Positions 1 to 9,991 of a stretch of 24,000 nt of DNA are shown here, piece after piece. The number at the start of each line of letters is the position of its first letter. Within the stretch, counting starts at the first letter, position 1. The position numbers and the translations under genes were made by a program. This stretch comes from Bacillus pseudomycoides DSM 12442 (GTDB lineage: Bacteria; Bacillota; Bacilli; Bacillales; Bacillaceae_G). The DNA lies in assembly GCF_000161455.1 (NCBI RefSeq), contig NZ_CM000745.1, positions 2,699,496 through 2,723,495 on the forward strand. The letters are read 5' to 3'. The notes below the pieces were generated by a model, which was given only the letters and a program-made list of their open reading frames with translations, did not search any database and was not told the origin of the DNA.

Positions 1-22
1 AAGAACTAGGGAGGCAGAGAGG

Positions 23-3000
23 ATGGCAGTCAGTACATATCAGTTGTTTCAACACCTTAATATGACAGGAGCACAAGAAGAATTAGCATTGCGTTACTTG
101 CAGACGAGAGATGAAGAAGTTTTAAAGCATATAGAACAAACGACCATTCGCGAAAATAAGCGTAGTGATTTTGCTTGGCAGTTCATGAATGACTTTAGGA
201 AAACATATAAGAAAGATCCAGTGTTTTTTCGGTTATTCTATCATTTACTTGAGGATCAATTGTTGAATGTTCTTCTCGTGCGTTTTTCATATATGAGTTT
301 TCCAGATATAAAGGTTTATTTCGAAAAAAGCGGTCTTTCATTCGATAGACTTGTAGTATTTGCTTGTAAGTATTTAACGAATCTTTCGCGTTCTGTAAAT
401 GAAGCGGATGTTTTTCTTAGACAATTAATAAGGGAGAATCCGAAGTATATAGAAGAACAGTTGCAAGTTATAACAGGTCAGCAAAAATTACTTTTGCTTC
501 TAGTTATGTTAGATGCAGATTATGAGAGATTTCTTCCCTATCGTTCTTTACTGGAAGAAGAATTGGAAGAGCATGCGGAGTATATATTGAGGTTAAGTGG
601 AGCGGAAGAGAAGATTGAAGCAGCTCAAAGGTACGTTCGAGGTGAAGCTGTTAGTAAAGTATTTGCTGGGTCATCTTTACCTGACTTTACTTGGCAGCAA
701 ATTTTTCGTATGTATCCGCATTCGGATGTTGCAAGAAGATATATGGAATTGTTAGTGAAATGCTCTGTAAAAAATTTTATGAATTATGCAATTTCACATG
801 TCAGCCATACTCTTGAACAGTCTGGAAATTACAAAAAAACAAAAAGTTTTTATGCACAATTGTATGAAACAACTCGAGATTTGTGTGAACAATTCGGTAT
901 TTCAGAGGAAAGATTTTTTGCATATCGCCTTACGCAGCATCATTTAGGTGTTGTTGATTTTGATCGCGTATATGAATATCAATTGTTGCTTCGAATGGTG
1001 GAAGAACAACCGGAATTTGTGCAGCGTACACTGCAATATTTAAGTCAAAGTCATTACCTTTTCGTATCAATGCTTTTAGCGGAAAAAGGGTACGAGCTAC
1101 ATAGAAACAAAGTACGTGAAGAGTTTTTAACGGTTGTCCTTCAAACGAAATCATCTGACATACGTGGTACATATCGTGACTATCTATTAGGCACTTTATC
1201 ATTTGAGGATATGAAGCAATGGTTCGAAAGCTCGAAGTTTAGAAATAATTACTGGAGAATGCCTGTTTTAGAAATTGCATTACTTTGGGATATAGAGGAA
1301 GCAGCAAAGAGGGAAGCCACTCTTACGCTTCAACTTGGGAAAGGGTATAACTATAGTTTATATGAACTTCTGCAGCGGTATGCTGCTATGGAGAACTCGC
1401 CAGAACAGGTGCTGGAAGATCTGCTTACCTACGGTTTATCGATGGAGAAGCTCGTTTCTTATTCCATTGAACAAGCTTCCGGGCATAGTGAGAAGCGAGA
1501 TAAGGCGACGGAGGCACTCGTTCGTTTGTTTGTAAAAGAACGAGCGTATGTGAAAGGTGAATTTCCTGAGTATTCTGCAGATGAACGGATTTTTATTTTG
1601 GATGAGTTGGCAAAGGATAACGCAGTTCAGACGCGTGATCTTCTCATTCAAAGTCTTGGGGATTCCTCTAAAAAGGTACGTACCGCTGCAGTTGAACTTC
1701 TTACAAAAGATACGGAAGCTGCAGAAGATGTAGCAAAGGAATTAAATCATAAAAAGAAAGTTGTTCGCGAAAATGCAATGCAAACACTTTTATATTATAA
1801 AACTGACAAATATACAAAGCTTGTACAGGAAGCTTTACAAGAAAAGAAAAACGCTTCTTTGACGGAGAAGTTTGCCCCATTGCTTGGTGACGGGGAATTA
1901 GAAGGAGCATCAGGAAGTATAGAAGCTCTTTGCACGCGTATTTTAACGCCGCAAAAAAGGAATGCACTTGTGCAGTGGATCGGATTTGAACCGCAAATTC
2001 GTCTCCGCGATTCCGATACCATTGCAGATGCAATGATTCCTCTTGCATATTTTCAGCAGTACGTATCAGATTCTGTTATTGAGAAGAAGGAAGTAGCAGA
2101 AGCAATAAGCGCTGCTCTTAACGAACAAGATTTGAAGGAAAATATACAAGCGATCTATCAGCTTTGGGTTTCTCAAGGCGCGGAATCGAAGAAACGCGGT
2201 ATTCTTTCGTTGTACGGTATTTACAGTGATGATGAAATGGCGATGCAACTCAAAAAGCAGATTGATGAGTGGGCGCTTGGTATGCGCGGAGCGATTGCTG
2301 CTGCAGCTGTTCAGGCGCTAGCGTTGTCCCAATCACATATTGGGCTAATGTCTATCCATGCGATGGCATTTAAGTATAAACATAAGCAAGTGCGTAATGC
2401 TGCGAAAGAAGCGCTGAGTCTCGCTGCTAAAACGCGTGGTATTACAGAAGAAGAGCTAGAAGATCAGCTTGTCCCAGACCTTGGGTTTAATAAGCGCGGT
2501 GAAAAGACAATTGATTACGGCAGCAGAACATTTACTGCCTATTTAACTCCAAACTTGAAAATTGAGCTAAAAACGGGAGAAGGAAAACGAATAAAGTCGC
2601 TTCCGAAACCAAATGCAAAAGATGATGCGGAAAAAGCTGAGGAGGCTAAGGCGGAGTTATCCTCTATAAAGAAGCAGCTCCGAACTATGATTACGATGCA
2701 AACGCAGCGTCTTGAAACAGCACTTTCTCTGAATCGCTATTGGTCACAAAATACATGGAAGTCTCTGTTTGTAGAAAATCCAATTCTGCAGCAGTTTGCT
2801 ATCTCCCTTATTTGGGGTGAGTATAAGGAAGGAAAGTTGCTTGCGATGTTCCGCTATATGGAGGATGGCACGTTTAATACGATTGAAGAAGAAGAGCATG
2901 AACTTACGCCAGACACTGTTATCGGTCTAATTCATCCGTTAGAATTGTCCGAGGACGAAAGGGAATTATGGAAGGAACAGCTAGAAGATTATGAGGTTAC

Positions 3001-3451
3001 TCAGCCATTTCCGCAAATTGACCGCGAAGTATTTCAGGTTGAGGAGAATGAGGAAGTCACTGTGGAAAGGTTTGCTGGTATCCAGATCAATGGCCGTTCG
3101 CTGTTTGGTAAGATGACGAAGTACGGCTGGAGTCGTGGATCGGTTCAAGATGCCGGTGTATATTATACATTCTATAAAGAAGATACTCGCGCCGGACTAG
3201 GGGCGGAGCTTGCGTTTGAAGGGGCACCGGTTGGATATGAAGGTGAGGAGGATGTGTGCGTTTTTGAAATTCAATTTTACAAAGCAGGCACGGTGAGCCG
3301 CGGTTCATATGACTACGACGAAATTGATCATGAGAGACGCGTTTTACCGAAGCAAGTATCGGAACGCTTTTTCAGTGAAATTTTATATGATATAAAACGG
3401 GCAACAGAATCGAATCTTGGCCGTGATGAAAACTGGCGCAGCAAGCGATAA
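23..3451 (+). CDS. Large (1142 aa) DUF4132-type protein with HEAT-like repeats (YehI/MolR-like)
   Basis: Uninterrupted 3.4-kb ORF with GGGAGG..AGAGG purine-rich SD just upstream of ATG 23. Has HEAT-like helices (KKVRTAAVELL, VVRENAMQTLL, KQVRNAAKEAL). C-terminal third (NPILQQFAISLIWGEY ... WSRGSVQDAGVYYTFYKE) fits my recollection of DUF4132. Same size and position as E. coli yehI relative to yehLMPQ. Family assignment is by recall only. Confidence 0.75.
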   Translation: MAVSTYQLFQHLNMTGAQEELALRYLQTRDEEVLKHIEQTTIRENKRSDFAWQFMNDFRKTYKKDPVFFRLFYHLLEDQLLNVLLVRFSYMSFPDIKVYFEKSGLSFDRLVVFACKYLTNLSRSVNEADVFLRQLIRENPKYIEEQLQVITGQQKLLLLLVMLDADYERFLPYRSLLEEELEEHAEYILRLSGAEEKIEAAQRYVRGEAVSKVFAGSSLPDFTWQQIFRMYPHSDVARRYMELLVKCSVKNFMNYAISHVSHTLEQSGNYKKTKSFYAQLYETTRDLCEQFGISEERFFAYRLTQHHLGVVDFDRVYEYQLLLRMVEEQPEFVQRTLQYLSQSHYLFVSMLLAEKGYELHRNKVREEFLTVVLQTKSSDIRGTYRDYLLGTLSFEDMKQWFESSKFRNNYWRMPVLEIALLWDIEEAAKREATLTLQLGKGYNYSLYELLQRYAAMENSPEQVLEDLLTYGLSMEKLVSYSIEQASGHSEKRDKATEALVRLFVKERAYVKGEFPEYSADERIFILDELAKDNAVQTRDLLIQSLGDSSKKVRTAAVELLTKDTEAAEDVAKELNHKKKVVRENAMQTLLYYKTDKYTKLVQEALQEKKNASLTEKFAPLLGDGELEGASGSIEALCTRILTPQKRNALVQWIGFEPQIRLRDSDTIADAMIPLAYFQQYVSDSVIEKKEVAEAISAALNEQDLKENIQAIYQLWVSQGAESKKRGILSLYGIYSDDEMAMQLKKQIDEWALGMRGAIAAAAVQALALSQSHIGLMSIHAMAFKYKHKQVRNAAKEALSLAAKTRGITEEELEDQLVPDLGFNKRGEKTIDYGSRTFTAYLTPNLKIELKTGEGKRIKSLPKPNAKDDAEKAEEAKAELSSIKKQLRTMITMQTQRLETALSLNRYWSQNTWKSLFVENPILQQFAISLIWGEYKEGKLLAMFRYMEDGTFNTIEEEEHELTPDTVIGLIHPLELSEDERELWKEQLEDYEVTQPFPQIDREVFQVEENEEVTVERFAGIQINGRSLFGKMTKYGWSRGSVQDAGVYYTFYKEDTRAGLGAELAFEGAPVGYEGEEDVCVFEIQFYKAGTVSRGSYDYDEIDHERRVLPKQVSERFFSEILYDIKRATESNLGRDENWRSKR

Positions 3452-3466
3452 GAAAGGAACTGACAT

Positions 3467-4573
3467 ATGCAGTCTATTAAACCATTAATGGAAGAATTAT
3501 ATGAAATAGAATTGAATGCGTTAGAAGCGAATGATTCGTTTCCGAAACCACCTAACTGGCGATTGTCACCGCGTGCCGTTCGGACGTTTATTATTGGACA
3601 AGAAGAACCGCTTCTTTTAGAAGGAAAAGAAGTGGAAATTAGTCGTAAGTTTTATGGTAATGATGCGCTTGTGGAACGAGCAATTGTCACATTAGCAGGA
3701 AACCGAGGACTTATGTTAATCGGAGAGCCAGGAACAGCAAAGACGATGCTAAGCGAGCTGCTTTCTGCCGCAATATGCAGAAATAGCCGTAACACTGTGC
3801 AAGGAACAGCTGCTACGATGGAAGATACGATTAAGTATTCGTGGAACTATGCACTTCTTCTTGCGAAAGGGCCTGTAAGGGGGGCGCTTGTGCCAGGACC
3901 TCTCTTTGTTGGGATGGAACAAGGGATATTAACTAGATTTGAAGAATTGACTCGCTGTCCGCAGGAAGTGCAAGATTCATTGATCAGCGTTCTGAGCGAT
4001 AAAGTACTAAATATTCCGGAGTTTGGGGAGCAAGGAATTCTTACAGCTAAGCCTGGATTTAATATTATTGCGACGGCTAACACACGAGATCGCGGTGTGA
4101 ATGAGATGAGTAGTGCATTGAAGCGTCGTTTTAATTTTGAAACGGTGCATCCGATTAAGGATGTAAAGCTTGAAGCAAAAATAATAGAGTCACAAGTAAC
4201 GCGCTTATTAGGAGCATCAGGCATCACACCCAAAGTGGATGAGACGGTTGTTCAGCTGTTAGCGACTGTTTTTCATGAACTACGGGAAGGTGTAACTGCT
4301 GAAGGAAAACGAATCGATCAGCCATCTTCTGTTATGAGTACTGCAGAAGCAGTATCGGTATATTATCAAAGCGCAATGGATGCGTATTATTATGGAAGCG
4401 GACAAGTGAAGATGGATGCGCTTGTTCGGTATTTATCGGGCACAATTGCGAAAGAAAACAAGGATGATTTAGAAAAGCTGCGCAGTTACTTTACAAGCAT
4501 CGTTAGGGCGCGAGGTCAAGTAGGAGGAGAGGTATGGAAGTCGTTTTTCGAAGCTCGCAATCAGCTGAAGTAA
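3467..4573 (+). CDS. MoxR-type AAA+ ATPase (AAA_5 / YehL-like)
   Basis: 368 aa. Walker A GEPGTAKT; Walker-B-like ILTRFEEL; sensor-1 IIATANTRD; arginine-finger region SALKRRF. Starts 15 nt after the upstream stop. Confidence 0.85.
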   Translation: MQSIKPLMEELYEIELNALEANDSFPKPPNWRLSPRAVRTFIIGQEEPLLLEGKEVEISRKFYGNDALVERAIVTLAGNRGLMLIGEPGTAKTMLSELLSAAICRNSRNTVQGTAATMEDTIKYSWNYALLLAKGPVRGALVPGPLFVGMEQGILTRFEELTRCPQEVQDSLISVLSDKVLNIPEFGEQGILTAKPGFNIIATANTRDRGVNEMSSALKRRFNFETVHPIKDVKLEAKIIESQVTRLLGASGITPKVDETVVQLLATVFHELREGVTAEGKRIDQPSSVMSTAEAVSVYYQSAMDAYYYGSGQVKMDALVRYLSGTIAKENKDDLEKLRSYFTSIVRARGQVGGEVWKSFFEARNQLK

Positions 4574-6846
4574 ATGCATTGTTTCAAAGAGCTTACAATT
4601 TAGATCACAATGTCGTATATGTGCCGATTCGCCATCATAGTCCTGCGTGCTCTTTTCATGTACAAAAGATCGTTAAATTCTATAAACCGGATGCGATTCT
4701 TATAGAAGGACCGATAGATTGCAACCCTCTTATTCCGCATATTGTGAGTGCAGAAAGTGAGGCTCCAATTTGTATATATTGCAGTTATGATGATAAAACG
4801 GATGTGCTTGAAAGAGGAGAAAGTGGAAAGTACCGTGCGTACTATCCCTTTCTCGACTATTCACCGGAACTTGTCGCGCTGCGGGAAGGAGCTGCGCGCA
4901 ATATTCCAGTTTCATTTATTGATCTTCCTTATAAAGAATATTTGTTTGCAACGAAAAATGAGGAAGAGAATGGGAAGTATGACGAGCAATATTTCCGGCA
5001 CAGTCAATATGTCCGTATGCTTTCGGAAAAAACGGGGTGCCGAAGCTTTCATGAATTTTGGGAGAAATACTTTGAGTTGCAAGGCTTTCATATGACAAGC
5101 GAGGAGTTTGTCCGTCAGCTCTTCGATTATTGTTATTATACGCGCGCGGACTATACGCAGGAGATGTTGACAGAAGACGGATGCGAAGCCAGGGAGATAC
5201 ACATGGCAAAGGAAATTGAAAAAGCGCGTAAAGTGTATGACAAGGTGCTCGTTATTACCGGAGGCTTTCATGTGAAAGGGCTTCTTGAATTGGAAGGGAA
5301 AAAGAAAAAGAAAAAGCTGTCCAAAAGCCCATTATCTAAAGCGTATGCCAAAAACTATCTTATGCCGTATTCCTTTTTGGAAAGCGATCAGATGCGTGGC
5401 TATGAGAGCGGTATGCCTGCACCTGCTTTTTACCAACATATTTGGGAGAACAGGGATGAAGCGGTAGCTGAGCAATTTATGATACGAATTGCTAGACAGC
5501 TAAAGGCAGAAGGAATATCAATGGCAGATAAGATTGAAGCTGCGCGAATGATACGTGAACTTGCACTGCTTCGGGGAAAGATGCAACCTGGATTGTATGA
5601 ACTGATGGATGCAGTGCGTAGTGCATTTGTGAAAGGTGAGATATTCTCGGCAGATAAACCTTTAACGCTGCTTCAGAAGAGTTTGCAAGGGACGAAGCGC
5701 GGAAAATTGTCAAAAGAAGCGGATGTGCCGCCGCTCGTGCATGATTTTCGTGCTTCTGTTCGTTCGTTTCGTCTTCCGGCACGTTCTACTGTACCACAGG
5801 AGACGATTCTTGACATATACAAGAAAGAAAGGCACTTGCGTTTAAGTCAGTTCTTTCATTGCCTCGCTTTTTTAGGAGTTCCGTTTTGCGAGAAGCTGCG
5901 CGGTCCGAACCTAGCTAGAAAGCAGAATATTAATCTTATACGAGAAACTTGGAAATATCGTTTCTCAGCGCAGGTGGAAAGTGCTCTTATTGATTTATCT
6001 GTGTATGGCGGAACGGTGAGAGAAGCCGCGCAGGAAATGCTAAGAGCAAAGCTGTATAAGGCGAAAGTGCGTGCGGGAGAGGTGGCTCTTTTATTGCTAG
6101 AAGCCTACTTAAGTGGTTTGTTTTCCGATTTCGCTATGTACAATCAGTTTATAGATGAAGCAATACAGGCGGATGGAGATTTTGCTTCTATGGCAGATTG
6201 TGCTTACTATTTATCACAAATAGAAAAAGAAAATCAGCAAGCGGATCATGCTAGACATAAAGCACTTTCGTTATTTTCTGTTTTAGATGGGGGCGAACCA
6301 GCAATTACTGCGGAAAAACTTATTGATTTGTATACAATGCAGCCTGCAGACCAGCAATTTATTGAAGCACTGGAGCTTTATTTGCAAAGGGAAAAACGAG
6401 AAAGCCAAGTAGAAGGGGCAGTATTTGGGCTGTTAACTTCTTTAGGGAAGCGGAAAATCGATGAGGTAATGCAAGTGGCAGAAGGATATTTTTATGGAAG
6501 TGGCGATATGCAAAAGCAAGCTCCGATATTTTTGAATGGTTTGTTTGCTGGCGCAAAAGATATCTTCTTATATAACGAATCGCTGCTTGACGGAATGTCT
6601 CATGTTCTAGAAGAACTTGATGAAGAGACATTTTTACAAGTATTGCCGCATTTGCGCCTCTTGTTCAGTCAATTCACGCCGCTTGAGGTGGATACGATTG
6701 CTAAACAGATTGCGCGGTTATATGGAGCCACAGAAGAAGTGATAAAAGAAGAAGCAATTTCCGAAGAAGTGCTGACGTATGCAATACAGTTAGATCGCAA
6801 GGCACGGGAAATTTTAATGAGACGGGGGCTAGAAGATGGAGAATAA
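4534..6846 (+). CDS. DUF5682-type protein (YehM-like), 770 aa
   Basis: Long ORF. AGGAGGAG SD at 4522-4529, 4-6 nt before ATG 4534. Overlaps the ATPase gene by 40 nt. Size and position match yehM/DUF5682 in AAA-DUF5682-vWA-SWIM clusters (recall). Confidence 0.7.
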   Translation: MEVVFRSSQSAEVNALFQRAYNLDHNVVYVPIRHHSPACSFHVQKIVKFYKPDAILIEGPIDCNPLIPHIVSAESEAPICIYCSYDDKTDVLERGESGKYRAYYPFLDYSPELVALREGAARNIPVSFIDLPYKEYLFATKNEEENGKYDEQYFRHSQYVRMLSEKTGCRSFHEFWEKYFELQGFHMTSEEFVRQLFDYCYYTRADYTQEMLTEDGCEAREIHMAKEIEKARKVYDKVLVITGGFHVKGLLELEGKKKKKKLSKSPLSKAYAKNYLMPYSFLESDQMRGYESGMPAPAFYQHIWENRDEAVAEQFMIRIARQLKAEGISMADKIEAARMIRELALLRGKMQPGLYELMDAVRSAFVKGEIFSADKPLTLLQKSLQGTKRGKLSKEADVPPLVHDFRASVRSFRLPARSTVPQETILDIYKKERHLRLSQFFHCLAFLGVPFCEKLRGPNLARKQNINLIRETWKYRFSAQVESALIDLSVYGGTVREAAQEMLRAKLYKAKVRAGEVALLLLEAYLSGLFSDFAMYNQFIDEAIQADGDFASMADCAYYLSQIEKENQQADHARHKALSLFSVLDGGEPAITAEKLIDLYTMQPADQQFIEALELYLQREKRESQVEGAVFGLLTSLGKRKIDEVMQVAEGYFYGSGDMQKQAPIFLNGLFAGAKDIFLYNESLLDGMSHVLEELDEETFLQVLPHLRLLFSQFTPLEVDTIAKQIARLYGATEEVIKEEAISEEVLTYAIQLDRKAREILMRRGLEDGE

Positions 6847-7942
6847 CATTTCTTTAAATCGCTGGCGTCTTGTTCTTGGGAAACATGCAGATGACCAAAT
6901 CACATTTCAGGAAGAAGACCCTGCATACAGAGCAATGGATGAGGTACTGGAGTTTTTGTACGAGAGAGAACGCGGAGAAGAACGCGGCGGGTCGTTGGAT
7001 CCCTCTCAGCTAACAGTGCCGACTTGGATTTCGAAAGTGCGGGAGTTATTTCCGAAAGAAACCATTGAGATTATGGAAAATCATGCGCTAGAAAAGTATG
7101 AATTAACGGCTCTATTGCAAGATAAGCAAACGCTTGAAAAAATGGAGCCGAATATGAATTTATTAAAATGCATTTTACAATTTAAAGATTATGTAAAACC
7201 GGATGTATTAGACACAGCTAAACGTATTGTAGCGAAAGTCGCTGAGGAGTTGCGGCGTAATTTAGAGCAAGAAGTGAAGCACGCATTAAGCGGTAGACCA
7301 GATCGAAATCGTTCTAGTCGCGTTCGCACGATGCGCAACTTTGATTTTAAGAAAACGATTCGAAAGAACTTAAAGCATTTTGACAAGGAAACAAACGCCA
7401 TTCATATTGAAAAACCGTACTTTTATGCTGCCACGAAGCACGTTAGCCCATGGCGTGTGATCCTCGCAGTAGACGAGAGCGGAAGTATGATTGATTCTGT
7501 TATTCATAGCGCAGTTATGGCGGGTATTTTTGCAAGCTTACCGACGATTAAGACAGATCTGTTCATCTTTGATACAGCTGTTGTTGATTTAACGGATCGT
7601 ATTGACGACCCGGTGGAAACGCTTATGAGCGTACAGCTTGGGGGAGGAACATATATTGCTCAGGCGCTGCGCTACGCAACGAATAAAATCGAGATGCCTC
7701 ATAAAACAATTGTCGTGCTTGTAACAGACTTATATGAAGGTGGCAGTTACAATGAAATGTACCGAGAAGCGATGAAGATTGTAGAATCAGGAGCAAAGCT
7801 GATCGTGCTAACATCTCTGGATCCGACTGCACAGCCTTTTTATGATAAACAGGCAGCTAAAAAAATGGCGGCGCTCGGTGCTCATGTAGCGGCGTTAACA
7901 CCAGGGAGGTTGGCACAATGGATCGCAACAATCATTTCTTAA
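6836..7942 (+). CDS. von Willebrand factor A (vWA) domain protein with MIDAS (YehP-like)
   Basis: 368 aa. MIDAS DxSxS as ILAVDESGSM, downstream GGGT (QLGGGTYIAQAL) and VLVTDLYEGG. Overlaps the upstream gene by 11 nt. Confidence 0.85.
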   Translation: MENNISLNRWRLVLGKHADDQITFQEEDPAYRAMDEVLEFLYERERGEERGGSLDPSQLTVPTWISKVRELFPKETIEIMENHALEKYELTALLQDKQTLEKMEPNMNLLKCILQFKDYVKPDVLDTAKRIVAKVAEELRRNLEQEVKHALSGRPDRNRSSRVRTMRNFDFKKTIRKNLKHFDKETNAIHIEKPYFYAATKHVSPWRVILAVDESGSMIDSVIHSAVMAGIFASLPTIKTDLFIFDTAVVDLTDRIDDPVETLMSVQLGGGTYIAQALRYATNKIEMPHKTIVVLVTDLYEGGSYNEMYREAMKIVESGAKLIVLTSLDPTAQPFYDKQAAKKMAALGAHVAALTPGRLAQWIATIIS

Positions 7943-9552
7943 ATGTTCTTTCCTCTATTGATGAAACATACTTAATTGCCATGTCTAACAAAGGAACATA
8001 TAAGAGAGCAATGAAGGATTTGGCCGTTGTATCAAATGTCAAAATGGACGTAGAAGAGGGTGCAGCGCAAATACATCTTGATGACGGAATTACTGTAACG
8101 TTTACGGGTGATATACGCAGTTACTCTTGTAGTTGTGAAGCCCGTTCGATTTGTAAACATGTCATTATGGCTCTATTAGAAGCAAAGAAGATGTACGAAG
8201 GTGAAGAGAACATAAAAGTTGATTTCTCTGCTCTTTTGAATGTGAACGTTCGCAATATTGTCTCCGAAAAAATGTGGGCTGAAATGATGTTTCGCGAAAC
8301 ATTTCAGCAAAAGTTTGTTTTAGAAGAAGAGGGGGCTTTAATTGCCACTTTCCGAGAAGAGAATATAACAGTTCGCTTTCTAACAGCTGAATCGGTAGCG
8401 GCTGCGATCTGTACGTGCAAAGCAGAGGGGATATGCCGGCATAAGGCGGAAGCGGTATATTGGTATCAAAAAGAGAAGGGAATCTCGCACGAAACGAAAC
8501 AGATGCATCCTCTTATCATTGCGCCGGATAAGCTATCTATTTTCAAAGAAATGATCGAGCAAATTGTTCACTTTGGATTAACACGCCTTACCGAAAATAC
8601 AATCTATGAAATAGAACAACTTTCTGTAAAAGCACGTTCTTTGAAACTCGCAAAGTTAGAGAATTTATTTCGTAAGCTCGGGGCGGATATTGGGCTATAT
8701 CGGATGAAGCATGCATCTTTTCAAATGGCATCTTATCGGCAAACGGTGTCCGCGATTTATGAACACATTTTGTTGTTGGAACGCCACCATCTGCAAGAGA
8801 GTCCGTTTCGTTCGGAATATTACGAAGTTCCACCACTTATTTTGCATGCTTTTGGTGCATCTGGCTGGCAAACGAAGTCTGGTTATGTTGGTGTGACGTA
8901 TTATTTCTATAATCGAGAACAGGAAAAGTGGATTACATACACACAGTCGCGCCCCATGTTTTATGAAGGGAGCAGCACAACTCCTGAAGAACTCCATGAA
9001 AGGCAAGTTCCATGGGGAATTGCAGGGAAAGGATACGAACTATCTCGTTCATCTGTCCGATTGAAGCAGGCAAAACTTAACGTCGATTTTCAATTGTCAT
9101 CTAGCTCACAGACAGTAGGAGAAGTGGAAGGAAAAACAAATGTGGCAGAGTGGCAATCTCTCTTTTTAACCTCATGGGAAGAACTATTAAAAAAAGTAAA
9201 AGAGCAAAGGTTAGAGGCAAATAAACAAGGAATCTTTTGTATCGAAGTTGCTGAAATAGGAGAATGGAAGTTTCAGAAGCAAGAACAAAAATGGATCATA
9301 CCTCTTATCGATAAGAATGGGAAAACATTGCAAATGCAAATGATGAAACGACCAGAAAATGAGCGAATGATTCGACTTGTAAAAATATATATGGACTCGT
9401 TGCATATAAAGAGAATGCTAGTTCATCCTTATCAGGAAGGAACAAAGCTCGTTGTTACACCTATCATTTTATATACAGAAGCAGGAGAGATTATAAATAC
9501 TACACTGAGTGAAGGGGGAACGTTCTATGATCGAGTTAATGCGCCTAATTGA
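7918..9552 (+). CDS. SWIM zinc-finger protein with two SWIM motifs (YehQ-like)
   Basis: 544 aa. GGGAGG SD 8 nt before ATG 7918. Two CxCx5CxH motifs: CSCEARSICKH (nt 8128-8160) and CTCKAEGICRH (nt 8413-8445). Overlaps the vWA gene by 25 nt. Confidence 0.8.
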   Translation: MDRNNHFLNVLSSIDETYLIAMSNKGTYKRAMKDLAVVSNVKMDVEEGAAQIHLDDGITVTFTGDIRSYSCSCEARSICKHVIMALLEAKKMYEGEENIKVDFSALLNVNVRNIVSEKMWAEMMFRETFQQKFVLEEEGALIATFREENITVRFLTAESVAAAICTCKAEGICRHKAEAVYWYQKEKGISHETKQMHPLIIAPDKLSIFKEMIEQIVHFGLTRLTENTIYEIEQLSVKARSLKLAKLENLFRKLGADIGLYRMKHASFQMASYRQTVSAIYEHILLLERHHLQESPFRSEYYEVPPLILHAFGASGWQTKSGYVGVTYYFYNREQEKWITYTQSRPMFYEGSSTTPEELHERQVPWGIAGKGYELSRSSVRLKQAKLNVDFQLSSSSQTVGEVEGKTNVAEWQSLFLTSWEELLKKVKEQRLEANKQGIFCIEVAEIGEWKFQKQEQKWIIPLIDKNGKTLQMQMMKRPENERMIRLVKIYMDSLHIKRMLVHPYQEGTKLVVTPIILYTEAGEIINTTLSEGGTFYDRVNAPN

Positions 9553-9805
9553 TGAATTGGAAGAAGTTCTAGATGAGATGCTTGTCTCAGGAGCAGGGAC
9601 TGTCCCTCTTTCCTTTTTTCAGGATATAAAACGAGAATGCGAAAAGTATGGTCTTTCTTATGCTGCCACGCAGGTGCTTATCATAGAGGAAGAGCGAAAC
9701 AAGGCCCGCTTTCTTCATAAAGAAGAAACAAACAAACTGACAGAAGCATTTTGTAAGTTGCAGGAATATATTCAAGTTATAAAGGCTGAAATGCTGCATT
9801 TATAA
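9527..9805 (+). CDS. Small (92 aa) predicted helical protein of unknown function, last gene of the operon
   Basis: GAAGGGGGA SD at 9511-9519 then ATG 9527 (the ORF track starts at GTG 9509). Overlaps the SWIM gene by 26 nt. No recognisable motif. Confidence 0.5.
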   Translation: MIELMRLIDELEEVLDEMLVSGAGTVPLSFFQDIKRECEKYGLSYAATQVLIIEEERNKARFLHKEETNKLTEAFCKLQEYIQVIKAEMLHL

Positions 9806-9930
9806 ATAGCTGGGTTAGTAGATGAATATTGAATTTAAATAAAAAGGTTTTCGCTAGAAGTATGCTGAAGAAGAAACGAAAACGCTCGCAGTGGGGAGAA
9901 ATTGTACTGATTTTCCGAAAGTACTAATAA

Positions 9931-9959
9931 TTGCCAAAATATTAATTTGCAAGTATAAT
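9931..9959 (+). promoter_or_regulatory. Sigma-A-type promoter for the Y-RNA array
   Basis: TTGCCA (9931-9936), 17-nt spacer, TATAAT (9954-9959). Predicted start about 9966, roughly 25 nt before the first Y-RNA unit. Confidence 0.55.
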
Positions 9960-9991
9960 AATAGTAAGAACGATGAGTGATAAAAAGAAAA

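Noticed and set aside
930-9405. Numerous 60-130-aa ORFs antisense to or out of frame with the large operon genes (e.g. 930..1202-, 1701..2048-, 3847..4233-, 4748..5095+, 4912..5271-, 8695..9006-)
   Set aside because: All are nested inside long, motif-bearing ORFs. They lack SD sequences and have odd composition, so they are treated as shadow ORFs.
9847-9882. GTTTTCG...CGAAAAC pairing after the operon as a possible terminator
   Set aside because: The stem is only 7 bp with a 22-nt loop and no U-tract, so it is not convincing. Operon termination remains undefined, and read-through into the Y-RNA array is possible.
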